The notes beneath the pieces are model-generated. The model did no database searches. It had not been told where the DNA came from and saw only the letters and a program-made list of their open reading frames with translations. A stretch of 64,000 nucleotides of DNA from an uncultured Chlamydiae bacterium (GTDB taxonomy: Bacteria; Chlamydiota; Chlamydiia; Chlamydiales; SM23-39): NCBI GenBank assembly GCA_963730605.1, contig CAVSSM010000001.1, positions 608,001 through 672,000 on the forward strand, written 5' to 3'. Below, one piece after another: positions 20,817 through 29,816 of the stretch (the first letter of the stretch is position 1; every line of letters begins with the position of its first letter). A program made the position numbers and the translations under genes.

Positions 20817-21523
20817 AAAATTTTTTCCGCGATGATTTGAGCAAAACTTTCCGGTTTTTCCAGGTGGATGACATGCCCTGATTCCAAAACGATGATCGCC
20901 TCCGGGTGGAGAGCCCGGAATTTCGTGTCCTTTTCGCCGACGATATGGATCGCGGTTTTTACATGTAAGATCGGTTGGTTGCCGAGGCTGAAGTGTACGA
21001 GGGCCTCAGCTAGATCTGGGATGTTTTGTTTTCGGCGCATTGAAAAATCAGGTATATAGCTTTTAAAGAGGGGCTGATCGTACCAGCGTCGCAAAAACTC
21101 GTCAATCGGTAATTCCAAAAGCAGCCTCGCCCATTTAGCATCGCCCTCTTTCCGTTTTTCTTTTTCAACGAAGCTCAAGAGCCCAGGATGGGCTGAGGCG
21201 ACGATGAGCTGAGCGATCCGTTCGGGAAAGCGGAGGGCGTATTGCATGGCGAGCCGCCCCCCCATCGAATAGCCGATGAGATGGAATTTCGGAGCGGGAG
21301 GTTTGATCTCAAAGGTAGGCGAGAAGGGAGAGGAGCCATGCCCTGGCAGATCGACGCCGATGCAATGGCAGGGAGGCAAGTAGGAACAAACGGGCTCCCA
21401 GTCCGCGCTATTTCCCAGAAATCCGTGAAGGAAAACAAGGGGGATGCCGGGCCCTCTTTTGAGAAGGATGGATTTACAACTCATTGAAGGAAAAGGATAC
21501 AGTTTGCTAAAGTTTTGGACCAT
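20813..21523 (-). CDS. menH: SHCHC synthase (alpha/beta hydrolase)
   Basis: [27 protein letters not shown]; located between menD and menB. Confidence 0.85.
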   Translation of the reverse strand: MVQNFSKLYPFPSMSCKSILLKRGPGIPLVFLHGFLGNSADWEPVCSYLPPCHCIGVDLPGHGSSPFSPTFEIKPPAPKFHLIGYSMGGRLAMQYALRFPERIAQLIVASAHPGLLSFVEKEKRKEGDAKWARLLLELPIDEFLRRWYDQPLFKSYIPDFSMRRKQNIPDLAEALVHFSLGNQPILHVKTAIHIVGEKDTKFRALHPEAIIVLESGHVIHLEKPESFAQIIAEKIL

Positions 21524-21643
21524 GAAAAATGAATTTTTTTGACCTTAACGGAACAAAATTATAACAGGTTATGGAAGGAGAAGCCGATCCAAGAAATTTG
21601 CGACTCTTGCAGGTAAATTTTAAATTGAATAATATTGTACAAA

Positions 21644-21789
21644 TTTTCGGTTCTTTTGAGCCGATTTTCGATTCAAGACTTGGGGGGCAATATCGACAAC
21701 AGTATATGGCCCCCCAAGCTTTGAAGTCGAAAAGCGGCCAAAATAATCCAAAAACTCGGGCGTTCCCTCACTTTGTAGACACCCTCTAA
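21644..21789. mobile_element. Partial family D MITE, inverted relative to 2669-2849
   Basis: Near-identical reverse complement of 2672-2815; ends TTTGTAGACACCCTC|TAA. Confidence 0.85.
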
Positions 21790-21809
21790 ACTAAATTGGG
21801 AGAAATTGA

Positions 21810-22241
21810 ATGACCTATCTCATAGAAAAGAATCATCAAACACATTTAAAGAATTGGAATGAGGTTAGAGAGCTTTTGCTCGGTTCATCACAAGATGCGA
21901 CTATTTCTCGCGAGCAAACTGCCTCGAGAACCTCAACGATGAAAAAAATCTGTAGTTTTGTCGAAATTCTAGCAGTAAGCGGTGCTATGTTAACTCTCGC
22001 ATTGGTGCGTTCTCGCTCTTTGAAATTGTTGGCCATACCACACTTGACTCTAGCATTCGGCTTCAATGAATTGCGCAACGTGGCGCAGAATATGGAACAG
22101 TTGCTTAATGCAGACGTATCTGTCAGAAAAGACGCAAGTTCCCCTGAACAGTTTCTTCGCACTATTTATAAAGGGACATTGCTCATTGAATATTATTTCA
22201 AGGCACTTGGAGAGCCTTACCACCTGAACTCCATACTCTAG
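21810..22241 (+). CDS. Hypothetical membrane protein inserted antisense in the men cluster
   Basis: 143 aa AT-rich ORF with hydrophobic segments; its 3' part is tandemly duplicated. Confidence 0.5.
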   Translation: MTYLIEKNHQTHLKNWNEVRELLLGSSQDATISREQTASRTSTMKKICSFVEILAVSGAMLTLALVRSRSLKLLAIPHLTLAFGFNELRNVAQNMEQLLNADVSVRKDASSPEQFLRTIYKGTLLIEYYFKALGEPYHLNSIL

Positions 22242-22577
22242 CATTCGGCTTCAATGAATTGCGCAACGTGGCGCAGAATATGGAACAGTTGCTTTAGGGG
22301 CTGTTAAAGAATAAAGTAAACTGTTTTGCGGTTCTTAGAGTGGCCCAGATGTCTGCGGCAGCGACAAGGTCAATGTTCGAGCAATATAACCGAGTCGCTG
22401 CCGTCTGGCAGATGGGCCGCTATAATGGCCGGGAAATGGTTTAACTTATTTTTTAACAGCCCCTTAATGCAGACGTATCTGTCAGAAAAGACGCAAGTTC
22501 CCCTGAACGGTTTTTTCGCACTATTTATAAAGGGACATTGCTCATTGAATATTATTTCAAGGCACTTGGAGAGCCTT
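22047..22577 (+). repeat. Tandem duplication (22047-22218 and 22235-22577); the second copy is interrupted by a MITE
   Basis: ACTCTAGCATTCGGCTTC...GGAGAGCCTT occurs twice. Confidence 0.92.
22294..22466. mobile_element. MITE with GGGGCTGTTAAA ends and TTA flanks
   Basis: TTA|GGGGCTGTTAAA ... TTTAACAGCCCC|TTA; the empty site is visible in the first duplicate copy. Confidence 0.9.
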
Positions 22578-22630
22578 CATAAGAGACTGTCTGCGATCCT
22601 ACCATAAGTTGCTCAGTCTAGCTACCATAA

Positions 22631-22806
22631 TACGCAGGGCGAGCGCATCAAATGTTGAATTCGTAGTATGTGCGTACACCCCTACGTTGCCTACCTGATC
22701 AGAGAACGTCTCTGATGAATCGTCCGAACCGGTGTTGCTACTCATTTACCCGTAGGAGGGTACAGGGTCGACTGGATTTTGCATTTTGATGCGCTCGCCC
22801 TGCATA
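22631..22806. mobile_element. TA-flanked MITE-like element
   Basis: 22-bp IR TA(C/T)GCAGGGCGAGCGCATCAAA at both ends (1 mismatch). Confidence 0.8.
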
Positions 22807-22951
22807 AGCTGTAATTAATTCGTAATCTTTACTATGTCGTCGGAACTTCCCCAGCCATGCAAACATTTTCTAAGCGGCTACTGGTCTGCTTTATGAGTTG
22901 AACGATTTGGTCGCATTGATTGTAAGTAAAAAAATGACAATATAAAAAATT

Positions 22952-24781
22952 TTAATTTACGGTAAACACCGACTCTCTCGAGCAAGCGGATTGGAATTTT
23001 TTTTGAAACCTGTAGTTTTCATCCCTCTTTGTAAAGAGTTCCACTAGGGCGCTTTGCTCGAAGGAGATGCGCTCGAAGGGGAGATAGGGGATGCCGAACA
23101 TCCGGGCCGCGTCTTCAAAGCGGAAGGAGTGGGAGGCCGCCATATAGGTTTCGAATTGAGGCCACTCTGCGATGGGAAGATGAGAAAAGATGCCGCTGCC
23201 GAAATTGTTCGAGGCCAAAATAACGACAGGGTGGGCGGTTTTTTTCAAAAGGGGAAGGGAATTCAGGTCATGGAGACAGGTCTGGTCTCCAAGAATGGCA
23301 AGGACGGGGGCGTGAAGCCCCTCCGAGAGCCCTGCAGCAGTGGCGATATTGCCGTCGATGCCCGAAAGGCCCCGGTTGCCAAAAAACCCCAGGCATTTTT
23401 TCGGAAAAAGAAAATGATCGGCGTCGCGGATTGGCATCCCGTTCGCAAGGAAAACGGCAAAAAACTCTGGAAGCATTTCGGCGAGATGACGCATCGCGTG
23501 CGCTTCGGTAAAAGGAAAGTCCTCCCGGAACTGGTTTTCAGAGACGGCCAAGATCTCCTCATCGAGCCCTTTCCATCGGCCAAGCCATGAAGGGTCGCAT
23601 CCACCTGCAAATGTTTCGCAAAAAGGTTCGATATCGCACTGCAAACGGCCATGCAATCTCCGGTTCGGATCTTGAAGAAAAGGGGACGGGCTTACATGGA
23701 GTGTCGGCGCCCAATCTAGAATTTTTTTAGAGGCGAACCGATTGCCGAAATGAAGGATATAATCAGGGAACAGGTGCGGATTTGTTTTGATAATCCAATC
23801 GAAATGGCGGATCTGTTCGTAAGAGGGCTCTAGCCTCGCATTGGATAGGATGTCGGCAAATACGGGCCATTGAAGCCTTTCCGCAAGGGTCAAGATAGGA
23901 CGGGGATCGGATCCGGTCTCGCCGATGAAGATGACCCCTCGTTTTGCCTCTGTTTTGGTTGGAGGCGGGACGAGGCGGGCAGGGGCAAAGCGGATGGGGA
24001 ATCCCGATTCTTGGGGAGGATCTCGAGTAAAAGGTTCGCGGAATTGGCAATTGAGCTGGACGGGGCCTTTCGGGTTTTGGGTCGCGTGGAAGACCCCTTG
24101 CGCGGCGATTGAGCGGAAATAACTTTCGGAAAGGTGTGGCGGAAGATCGGCTTGCCAGCGGATAAAATGGCTGAAAATCTTGATTTGGTCCGTGGTTTGG
24201 TTTGCGCCGCAATCTCGGAGCTCTGCGGGCCGATCGCAAGTCAGAAGAATCATCGGCGTGGAGCTGTGGTGCGCCTCCATGACGCTGGGGAGAAGATTGC
24301 CGACGGCGGTCCCCGAGGTCGTGATCACGGCAGCGGGGCGCCTTGCCCCTTTTCCATATCCTAACGCATAAAAACCAAGGCCCCGCTCGTCATAATGGAC
24401 GATCGTTTTCGTTCGAGGGTGTTCTGCGGCCGCCACGACAAGCGGCGTATTTCTCGATCCTGGGGCAATGCAGAAATGATCGGTCCCTTGGCAGATCAAT
24501 TGATCGATGATCCAAAATGCCTCTTTATTAACATGGGTGGTAAAAAGTTGACAATCTACTTGCTGCGCCTCCCTTCGGGCCGATTCGCTTCGCTCATCTG
24601 CTCCGCGAGAAAAAGGTTTCTCGAACCTTTTTCTCGATTCCGCAGCCAAATCGATCTTCCTCGTCGCCCTTGCCTCTGGCAATGGTGCTCCTTGTTCAGA
24701 ACGGGGGCTTTGCCCCCTTCGATTTTGCTGTGGCTCGCTGGCGTATATTGTCTCCTTTTTATCGCCCCTGTTAATAGTCAT
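22952..24781 (-). CDS. menD: SEPHCHC synthase with an 83-aa N-terminal in-frame insert
   Basis: PGSRNTPL, DERGLGF.ALG, TTSGTAVGNLLP, GANQTTDQ, GNRGLSGIDG, GD...LHDLNSL. Confidence 0.95.
   Translation of the reverse strand: MTINRGDKKETIYASEPQQNRRGQSPRSEQGAPLPEARATRKIDLAAESRKRFEKPFSRGADERSESARREAQQVDCQLFTTHVNKEAFWIIDQLICQGTDHFCIAPGSRNTPLVVAAAEHPRTKTIVHYDERGLGFYALGYGKGARRPAAVITTSGTAVGNLLPSVMEAHHSSTPMILLTCDRPAELRDCGANQTTDQIKIFSHFIRWQADLPPHLSESYFRSIAAQGVFHATQNPKGPVQLNCQFREPFTRDPPQESGFPIRFAPARLVPPPTKTEAKRGVIFIGETGSDPRPILTLAERLQWPVFADILSNARLEPSYEQIRHFDWIIKTNPHLFPDYILHFGNRFASKKILDWAPTLHVSPSPFLQDPNRRLHGRLQCDIEPFCETFAGGCDPSWLGRWKGLDEEILAVSENQFREDFPFTEAHAMRHLAEMLPEFFAVFLANGMPIRDADHFLFPKKCLGFFGNRGLSGIDGNIATAAGLSEGLHAPVLAILGDQTCLHDLNSLPLLKKTAHPVVILASNNFGSGIFSHLPIAEWPQFETYMAASHSFRFEDAARMFGIPYLPFERISFEQSALVELFTKRDENYRFQKKFQSACSRESVFTVN
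24526..24776. mobile_element. TA-flanked MITE (family B) inserted in frame in menD
   Basis: 30-bp imperfect TIRs TATTAACA(T/G)GGG(T/C)G(G/A)TAAAAAG..GACAAT; 247 bp + TA = 249 bp = 83 codons. Confidence 0.88.
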
Positions 24782-25727
24782 ACGAAGATCCCGTCATAGA
24801 GGCGGCTTTTTTGATTGAGCTCTTCCCATTCCTCTTCTGGTTCGGACCCTTCGACAATGCCGGTTCCAGCATAGAGATAAGCGCGGTTGCCCCTCACAAA
24901 GCAAGAGCGGATTCCGACGATCCATTCGGAAGTTTCGGGGGTGCTCCAACCAAGAGCGCCGCCGTAGAGGCCCCGCTCGAAGGGCTCCAATGCCCGGATC
25001 AGATGGAACGCCTCTTCAGTGGGAGTGCCGCAAAGAGCTGGCGTCGGGTGGATGCGGGAGAGAATTTCTTCATCGGTAAGATTGTTTTTCAAGGTTGCCC
25101 TGCAGCGAGCATAAAGATGTTGGACATTCTGCGTTTTGTGAAGAGCAATGGGAGAAAATGTAAGAGGTCCTTGGCAAATGGGATGGAGAGCGGTTTGCAA
25201 AAATGTTTGCACAGGAGAGAGTTCCCTAAGGTCCTTCGCGCTCTTCATGAGCTCTTGTCCCAGCCTCTCGTCTTCTTCGGGAGAGCTTCCGCGAGGGCGG
25301 GTTCCAGCCATTGCTTCGCTATAAAGATTCTGCCGTTCGCGGAAAAAAGGCGCTCCGGGCTGGCGCCGAAAAAGGAGATGTCACCCTCGCTGAAACAAAA
25401 GACGTGCGCTCCTTGTGCTTTTCTTTGAAGAGCGGCGGTGAGGGCAAAAGGGTCAGGGCATGACTCCAGCTCCAAAATCTGGCAGCGGGCAAGGACGATT
25501 TTTTCCATCTTCTTTGCGAGGGCCTTTTTCACGGCATGGATCCACTCCGCTTTTTCAGGAACGAAGGTCCGTTTTACTACCTCCATTGAGACGGGGGGTG
25601 GGAGATAGTCCACTCTTGACGACTCTTCTTGAAAAGGAGAGCGCGCATTGGGAAAGAAAGGACGGCATTGGAATTTCGCATCTCGCGGCGGGCCTAGCCC
25701 ATCGCGGTCTGACCAATAGACTCTCAA
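24778..25727 (-). CDS. menF: Isochorismate synthase, split by one frameshift near 25315
   Basis: KIVLAR, GASPERLF in the upstream ORF; AGTRPRG, HPTPALCG, RGLYGG.LGW, YAGTGIVEGS in the downstream ORF. Confidence 0.88.
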
Positions 25728-26422
25728 CGCTTCTCCCCTAAATATAAAGTGACGACGCCAAGCGCCATTGGAATTTGCCGAGACGTGAGGGAGGCGCTTT
25801 TCATTAAAGATAAGAAGGCGCCGCCGCTTGGGAAAGTTTCGATCGTCTCGTTCAAATAGCGGTAGGCTGCTCTATTTTTGGAAAAAAATCCGCCAACGTG
25901 AGGAAGGATGCGGCGCAAATAGAAGAGATGGAGCGTTTTCAAGGGCTTTGGCGGCAAGGAAAATTCCAAGATAAGACACCTTCCGCCGGGTTTCAGGACA
26001 CGGGCAATTTCTTTGAGCGCGGCACTCGGATCGGACACGTTGCGGATCCCGAAAGAAAACGTCGCCGCATCGAAAGAGCTATCCCTAAAGGGGAGCCGCA
26101 AAGCGTCGGCGCGCTGAAATTTGACTTTTGTTTTGTAAGGTTTCGATCCGATTTTGGCCTGGGCAATTTCGAGCATGAAAGAGGCAAGGTCGATGCCGAC
26201 CGCGGACCGGATGTGGGCGTCGCTCTCCATGCAGGCGATGAGCTGATCCCCTGTCCCTGTCGCTATGTCGAGGAGATCCAGATTTTTTCGCTCTGGCAGG
26301 TGCAGGGCGGCACGCCTTCTCCAACCGCGGTCCATCCCAAAGGATAGGATCGAGTTGATCCGGTCATAGGTCGCTGAGATCGCATCGAACATTTTCCAGA
26401 CGTTTTCCCGGGAGTGGGTCAT
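25724..26422 (-). CDS. menG: Demethylmenaquinone methyltransferase
   Basis: MFDAIS..YD..N..LSFG, LDIATGTGD, FGIRNV, RVLKPGG...ILEFS. Confidence 0.93.
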   Translation of the reverse strand: MTHSRENVWKMFDAISATYDRINSILSFGMDRGWRRRAALHLPERKNLDLLDIATGTGDQLIACMESDAHIRSAVGIDLASFMLEIAQAKIGSKPYKTKVKFQRADALRLPFRDSSFDAATFSFGIRNVSDPSAALKEIARVLKPGGRCLILEFSLPPKPLKTLHLFYLRRILPHVGGFFSKNRAAYRYLNETIETFPSGGAFLSLMKSASLTSRQIPMALGVVTLYLGEKR

Positions 26423-28083
26423 GCGGTTGCCTCTTGCTCGGCGGTTCTAGTGTTCGCAGCAAGGAGACCCGCCGCAAGGAAAAATGGGAGCTTCCCTTGC
26501 TGAAAGAGGAGCGGGTAAAAATCGCAGCCCCCGATGAAAAGAAAGGCGATAAAAATAGCGGTCAAAGAGGCAGTGAGGGGGGTAAGGGGTGTGTGGCTCG
26601 CCGCCCAAAGCAAGGAGAAAATGAAGAGGAGAAACGCGGAAAGAGATAGAAGACCCGTTTCTCCAGCCAAGTAGAGATAGATATTATGAGTGGCGCTCGA
26701 CGCTGGGAATTCCTTGCCCCCGAAAGGCTTTTGGGGGAGATAATCAAGGCCGCGGATCGAGAGCTGGTCAAACCCGGCGCCAAAAAGGGGAAAGTCTTTG
26801 ATGACTTGGAGCGCCAAGTTTTGATAGGAGATCCGAAGAGCGTCCGACCCTTGCGCAACCCCATTGTAATTCACGATCCCGCCGCGATCCTTGATTTGGG
26901 TCTGAAGGACAAGAAAGCTAAAAAGGATGGAGAAGGTTATTGTAAGGGCAGGAAGCCGGATCGACTTCCAGAGGAAACGTAAACCATTTTGCCTCAAATG
27001 GAGACCGAACCAGGCCAGGGTGCCGAGCATCAAACTAAAAAGCGCTGACCGGGAAAACGTTAGACTCATCGCGAAGAATTGGATGGGAATCATCAGTGCC
27101 GCTGCAAGACGCCACTTTGGGCGGGAAAAAAGCGAATAAGCCGCAAGGATTGACATGCTTAAATACCCGCCCAGGACGTTTGGGTGCGGGAAGGTGCCTG
27201 AAGGTCGGATCACTTCGCGCGGCTGCACGCCTAAGTTGTTATCGAACAGCCAAATGCGTCCCGAATCGACACCAAATACAGGAAAGCTGGACGGCTCGCT
27301 GAAGAGGCGGAGGCCAAGAGGCCCTTGAATTGCGTATTGGGCGATCGCGAGGCCCGATTGGATGAGCGCGGTTCCTATAAGGCATTGGAGCAAAAGAAAA
27401 GAGAGTTTGGATTTGTCCTCTACTCTCCCGTTGGCAAGGAAACAAAAAAGGATAAAGGGGGTGGCAAGTTGCAATAGGCGGATGTAGGGGATAGGGTAAC
27501 TGGCAAAAGGAGAAAGGGCGATCGAAATCAAAGCGCAAAGAAAAACGGTCCAAAGAAAAACGGCGCCTCTAGGTATGAAGAATCGTCTCAAAGGGATGCG
27601 GAACGCAAAAAGGGCAATGAAGAGGAGCAAAAGAGCGATGACATCGGAAGGGTAGAAATAGATCTTCTTATCGAAGAAGCTCGGCAAAACTAGATTTCCC
27701 GGGATGAGTTTCAGAGAAAAAAAACGGAAGAGCTTGTCGTATTTGTGCTCGAAGGGAATAGCAAAAGCGATAACGCAGAGGAGAAAAAGGGATATACTGC
27801 GCGCGGTTGGCTTCTTAAAATTTGGACGGGCTGCGACTTCGCCAAATCGATCTGCTCCGCGAGAAAAACGGTCCATCCGAGGACCGTTTTTCTCGATTCC
27901 GCAGTCCTCGGAAATATTGCCTTCGGATATTTCCTTCGCCCCGTCCCCAAAAACGATGCGTTGTTTGGGGGCCCCTGGGGAGGTCGGTCGGACCGCTTCG
28001 CTTCGATTTTGCTTTGTCTCGCTTGCGTTCAAATTTAAAAATCCTTCCCGCGCGCAGTATAGACGCCGCCAAAACATAAACAC
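26419..28083 (-). CDS. O-antigen ligase (Wzy_C/WaaL-like) membrane protein with an 89-aa in-frame insert
   Basis: Polytopic; GTFPHPNVLGG, TFSRSA, P.FGAG, HNIYLYLAGETG; probable start at ATG 28077. Confidence 0.85.
   Translation of the reverse strand: MFMFWRRLYCAREGFLNLNASETKQNRSEAVRPTSPGAPKQRIVFGDGAKEISEGNISEDCGIEKNGPRMDRFSRGADRFGEVAARPNFKKPTARSISLFLLCVIAFAIPFEHKYDKLFRFFSLKLIPGNLVLPSFFDKKIYFYPSDVIALLLLFIALFAFRIPLRRFFIPRGAVFLWTVFLCALISIALSPFASYPIPYIRLLQLATPFILFCFLANGRVEDKSKLSFLLLQCLIGTALIQSGLAIAQYAIQGPLGLRLFSEPSSFPVFGVDSGRIWLFDNNLGVQPREVIRPSGTFPHPNVLGGYLSMSILAAYSLFSRPKWRLAAALMIPIQFFAMSLTFSRSALFSLMLGTLAWFGLHLRQNGLRFLWKSIRLPALTITFSILFSFLVLQTQIKDRGGIVNYNGVAQGSDALRISYQNLALQVIKDFPLFGAGFDQLSIRGLDYLPQKPFGGKEFPASSATHNIYLYLAGETGLLSLSAFLLFIFSLLWAASHTPLTPLTASLTAIFIAFLFIGGCDFYPLLFQQGKLPFFLAAGLLAANTRTAEQEATA
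27793..28061. mobile_element. TA-flanked MITE (family A) inserted in frame
   Basis: Perfect ends TATACTGCGCGCGG and CCGCGCGCAGTATA; 265 bp + TA = 267 bp = 89 codons; second copy at 63799-64000. Confidence 0.93.
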
Positions 28084-28164
28084 GACGTCAAACTTATCGC
28101 ATATGCAGATTTAGTTCAAAACTACTTAGCTCTCATCCCAAAAAAGCCCCTGGATTTTTTCTCT

Positions 28165-29562
28165 TCATGGACAGGCTTCTCGACCACATTGGCATTTTCT
28201 TGGCCATAGAGTGGATTCCTCTAGAGGATTCTCTGCATTATCTTGGATTTCGAGTTGATGTTCTTGTTTGAGGTAGTTCTTAAGAATTCGATCAATGGTA
28301 CTGATCTCTAGCGCATTTTTATTTCTTACTTCTGTTTTCAATCGATTGATGAATTTAAAAATGTCGCGACCTGAGAACCCTTCTGTTTGGTTGCCAATAT
28401 GTTCGATAATCTCCGGTGTAAAGAAACGTCGATATTCGGAGGGAGTCACAAGGAGATCGACGTTGCTTCTGGTCATCTCTTTCCGTTCCGCCAGCTCAGG
28501 AGCTCCAATTTTGATTTTGTAATCCATACGGCTCAGTATTGCTGGATCCAGATTTTTCGGAAGATTTGTAGCAAAGACCCACATGATTTTAGAACTAGAT
28601 GAACTTGTTAATTTCAGGAATGCATTTAAAAAAGACACTAATTCTTGGCTTTTGCCATTTTTTTTGGCTTCCTCCCTGTTTTCAAAGCATGCTTCCGCTT
28701 CATCCACAAAAATAACGGTTTGAGAAGGGAGGCTTTTCACATATTCTACCAATTTTTGCAACATGTCGACCGCTGCGCCCGCAGAGTTCTGATTCGAGAC
28801 GCGGACGCTGACCGGTCCTTGCAAAGCGTTATAATTCATCCCTTTTAAGAAATCTCCGCCAGAAATGTACATGTAATTCATATTGGAGTTCTTTGCGATC
28901 CATTTTGAGATCATTGTTTTTCCTGTTCCAGGAGGACCGTAGACAAGTAGATGTTGAAAAAAGTCATTTCTTTCTTTGCTTGTCTGCGTGGTGGCTAGGA
29001 TTTCATCAAGTTCTGCTTGGAGCTTAGGGCTAAATATGGGTTTTGTTTCCAAAGAGAGATCCTTGTCAAAGTATTGGGAAATCACTTCGTAGGAGCCAAG
29101 AGCTAGCGATGCTCCGACTCCGATCAGCGTAGGCAATACCCACAAAGAGATCAGGTCGTTTCCAAAATAGTCCTTACTAAAGCCAAAGAGATTGAGACAA
29201 GACGAGGTTGTTTTATGCGCCAGAGTCCAAAGGGACTTCGCTGTAGGATGCATATCGGAATAAAGCCAAGAGAGCCATAACGCTCCTCCGGTGATACTGG
29301 ATGCGGTAGCCCCTTCTACTCGATGCGCCCAGAATTTGGAGCCAAACTCTTGGGCTTTTTGTTTGGTATTAGGCCACCAATCCACATAATTTATTTTAAC
29401 TGGCAAGGATTCACTTTCAAAAAATTTATTAGCAAGAGATGATAATATGCTTTTTGTCATCATCGCGCCAAAGGCGAGTGCGCCCATCTTATACACAGTG
29501 CTCTGGACGTTTTTTAAAGAATTTGCTATATCATCCAAACTATTTATATTAATATTATTCAT
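28165..29562 (-). CDS. AAA+ ATPase with N-terminal hydrophobic segments (ATAD3-like)
   Basis: LLVYGPPGTGKT, ISGGD, FVDEAEA, LNAFL, ATN.P..LDPAILSRMD, TEGFSGRDI. Confidence 0.85.
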   Translation of the reverse strand: MNNININSLDDIANSLKNVQSTVYKMGALAFGAMMTKSILSSLANKFFESESLPVKINYVDWWPNTKQKAQEFGSKFWAHRVEGATASSITGGALWLSWLYSDMHPTAKSLWTLAHKTTSSCLNLFGFSKDYFGNDLISLWVLPTLIGVGASLALGSYEVISQYFDKDLSLETKPIFSPKLQAELDEILATTQTSKERNDFFQHLLVYGPPGTGKTMISKWIAKNSNMNYMYISGGDFLKGMNYNALQGPVSVRVSNQNSAGAAVDMLQKLVEYVKSLPSQTVIFVDEAEACFENREEAKKNGKSQELVSFLNAFLKLTSSSSSKIMWVFATNLPKNLDPAILSRMDYKIKIGAPELAERKEMTRSNVDLLVTPSEYRRFFTPEIIEHIGNQTEGFSGRDIFKFINRLKTEVRNKNALEISTIDRILKNYLKQEHQLEIQDNAENPLEESTLWPRKCQCGREACP

Positions 29563-29626
29563 AATTACTCCATAGTTAATTTATAAGATTATAAAAAAAA
29601 TAAACAATAAGAGTCAAGCTGCGAAT

Positions 29627-29790
29627 TATACCGAAACAACCTGAAGAATCGGGAATTTGACAAGGAGGCTCCTCAGAATTTGTGTTCGGAGCAAGCGACC
29701 ATTGCGCGTGCGCAAGGCGCGATTGAGAACAAAAATTCTGAGGTAAAGCCGACGCAGTCAAAAACCGATTCTTCAGGTTGTTTCGGTATA
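29627..29790. mobile_element. TA-flanked MITE-like element
   Basis: Perfect 26-bp IR TATACCGAAACAACCTGAAGAATCGG; ends related to 2897-3070. Confidence 0.88.
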
Positions 29791-29816
29791 TCGGGATGTT
29801 CATCAGGGTCTATGAC

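Noticed and set aside
25245..25330. menF split into two ORFs
   Set aside because: This is a single frameshift with both halves conserved. It is probably an indel error given others in this assembly, though not proven.
24526..28061. In-frame inserts as inteins or group I/II introns
   Set aside because: The boundaries are defined by DNA inverted repeats and TA duplications. The inserts are shorter than typical mini-inteins and lack the Cys/Ser/Thr +1 residue in two of three cases, and no intron core is recognisable. RNA-level removal is not excluded without data.
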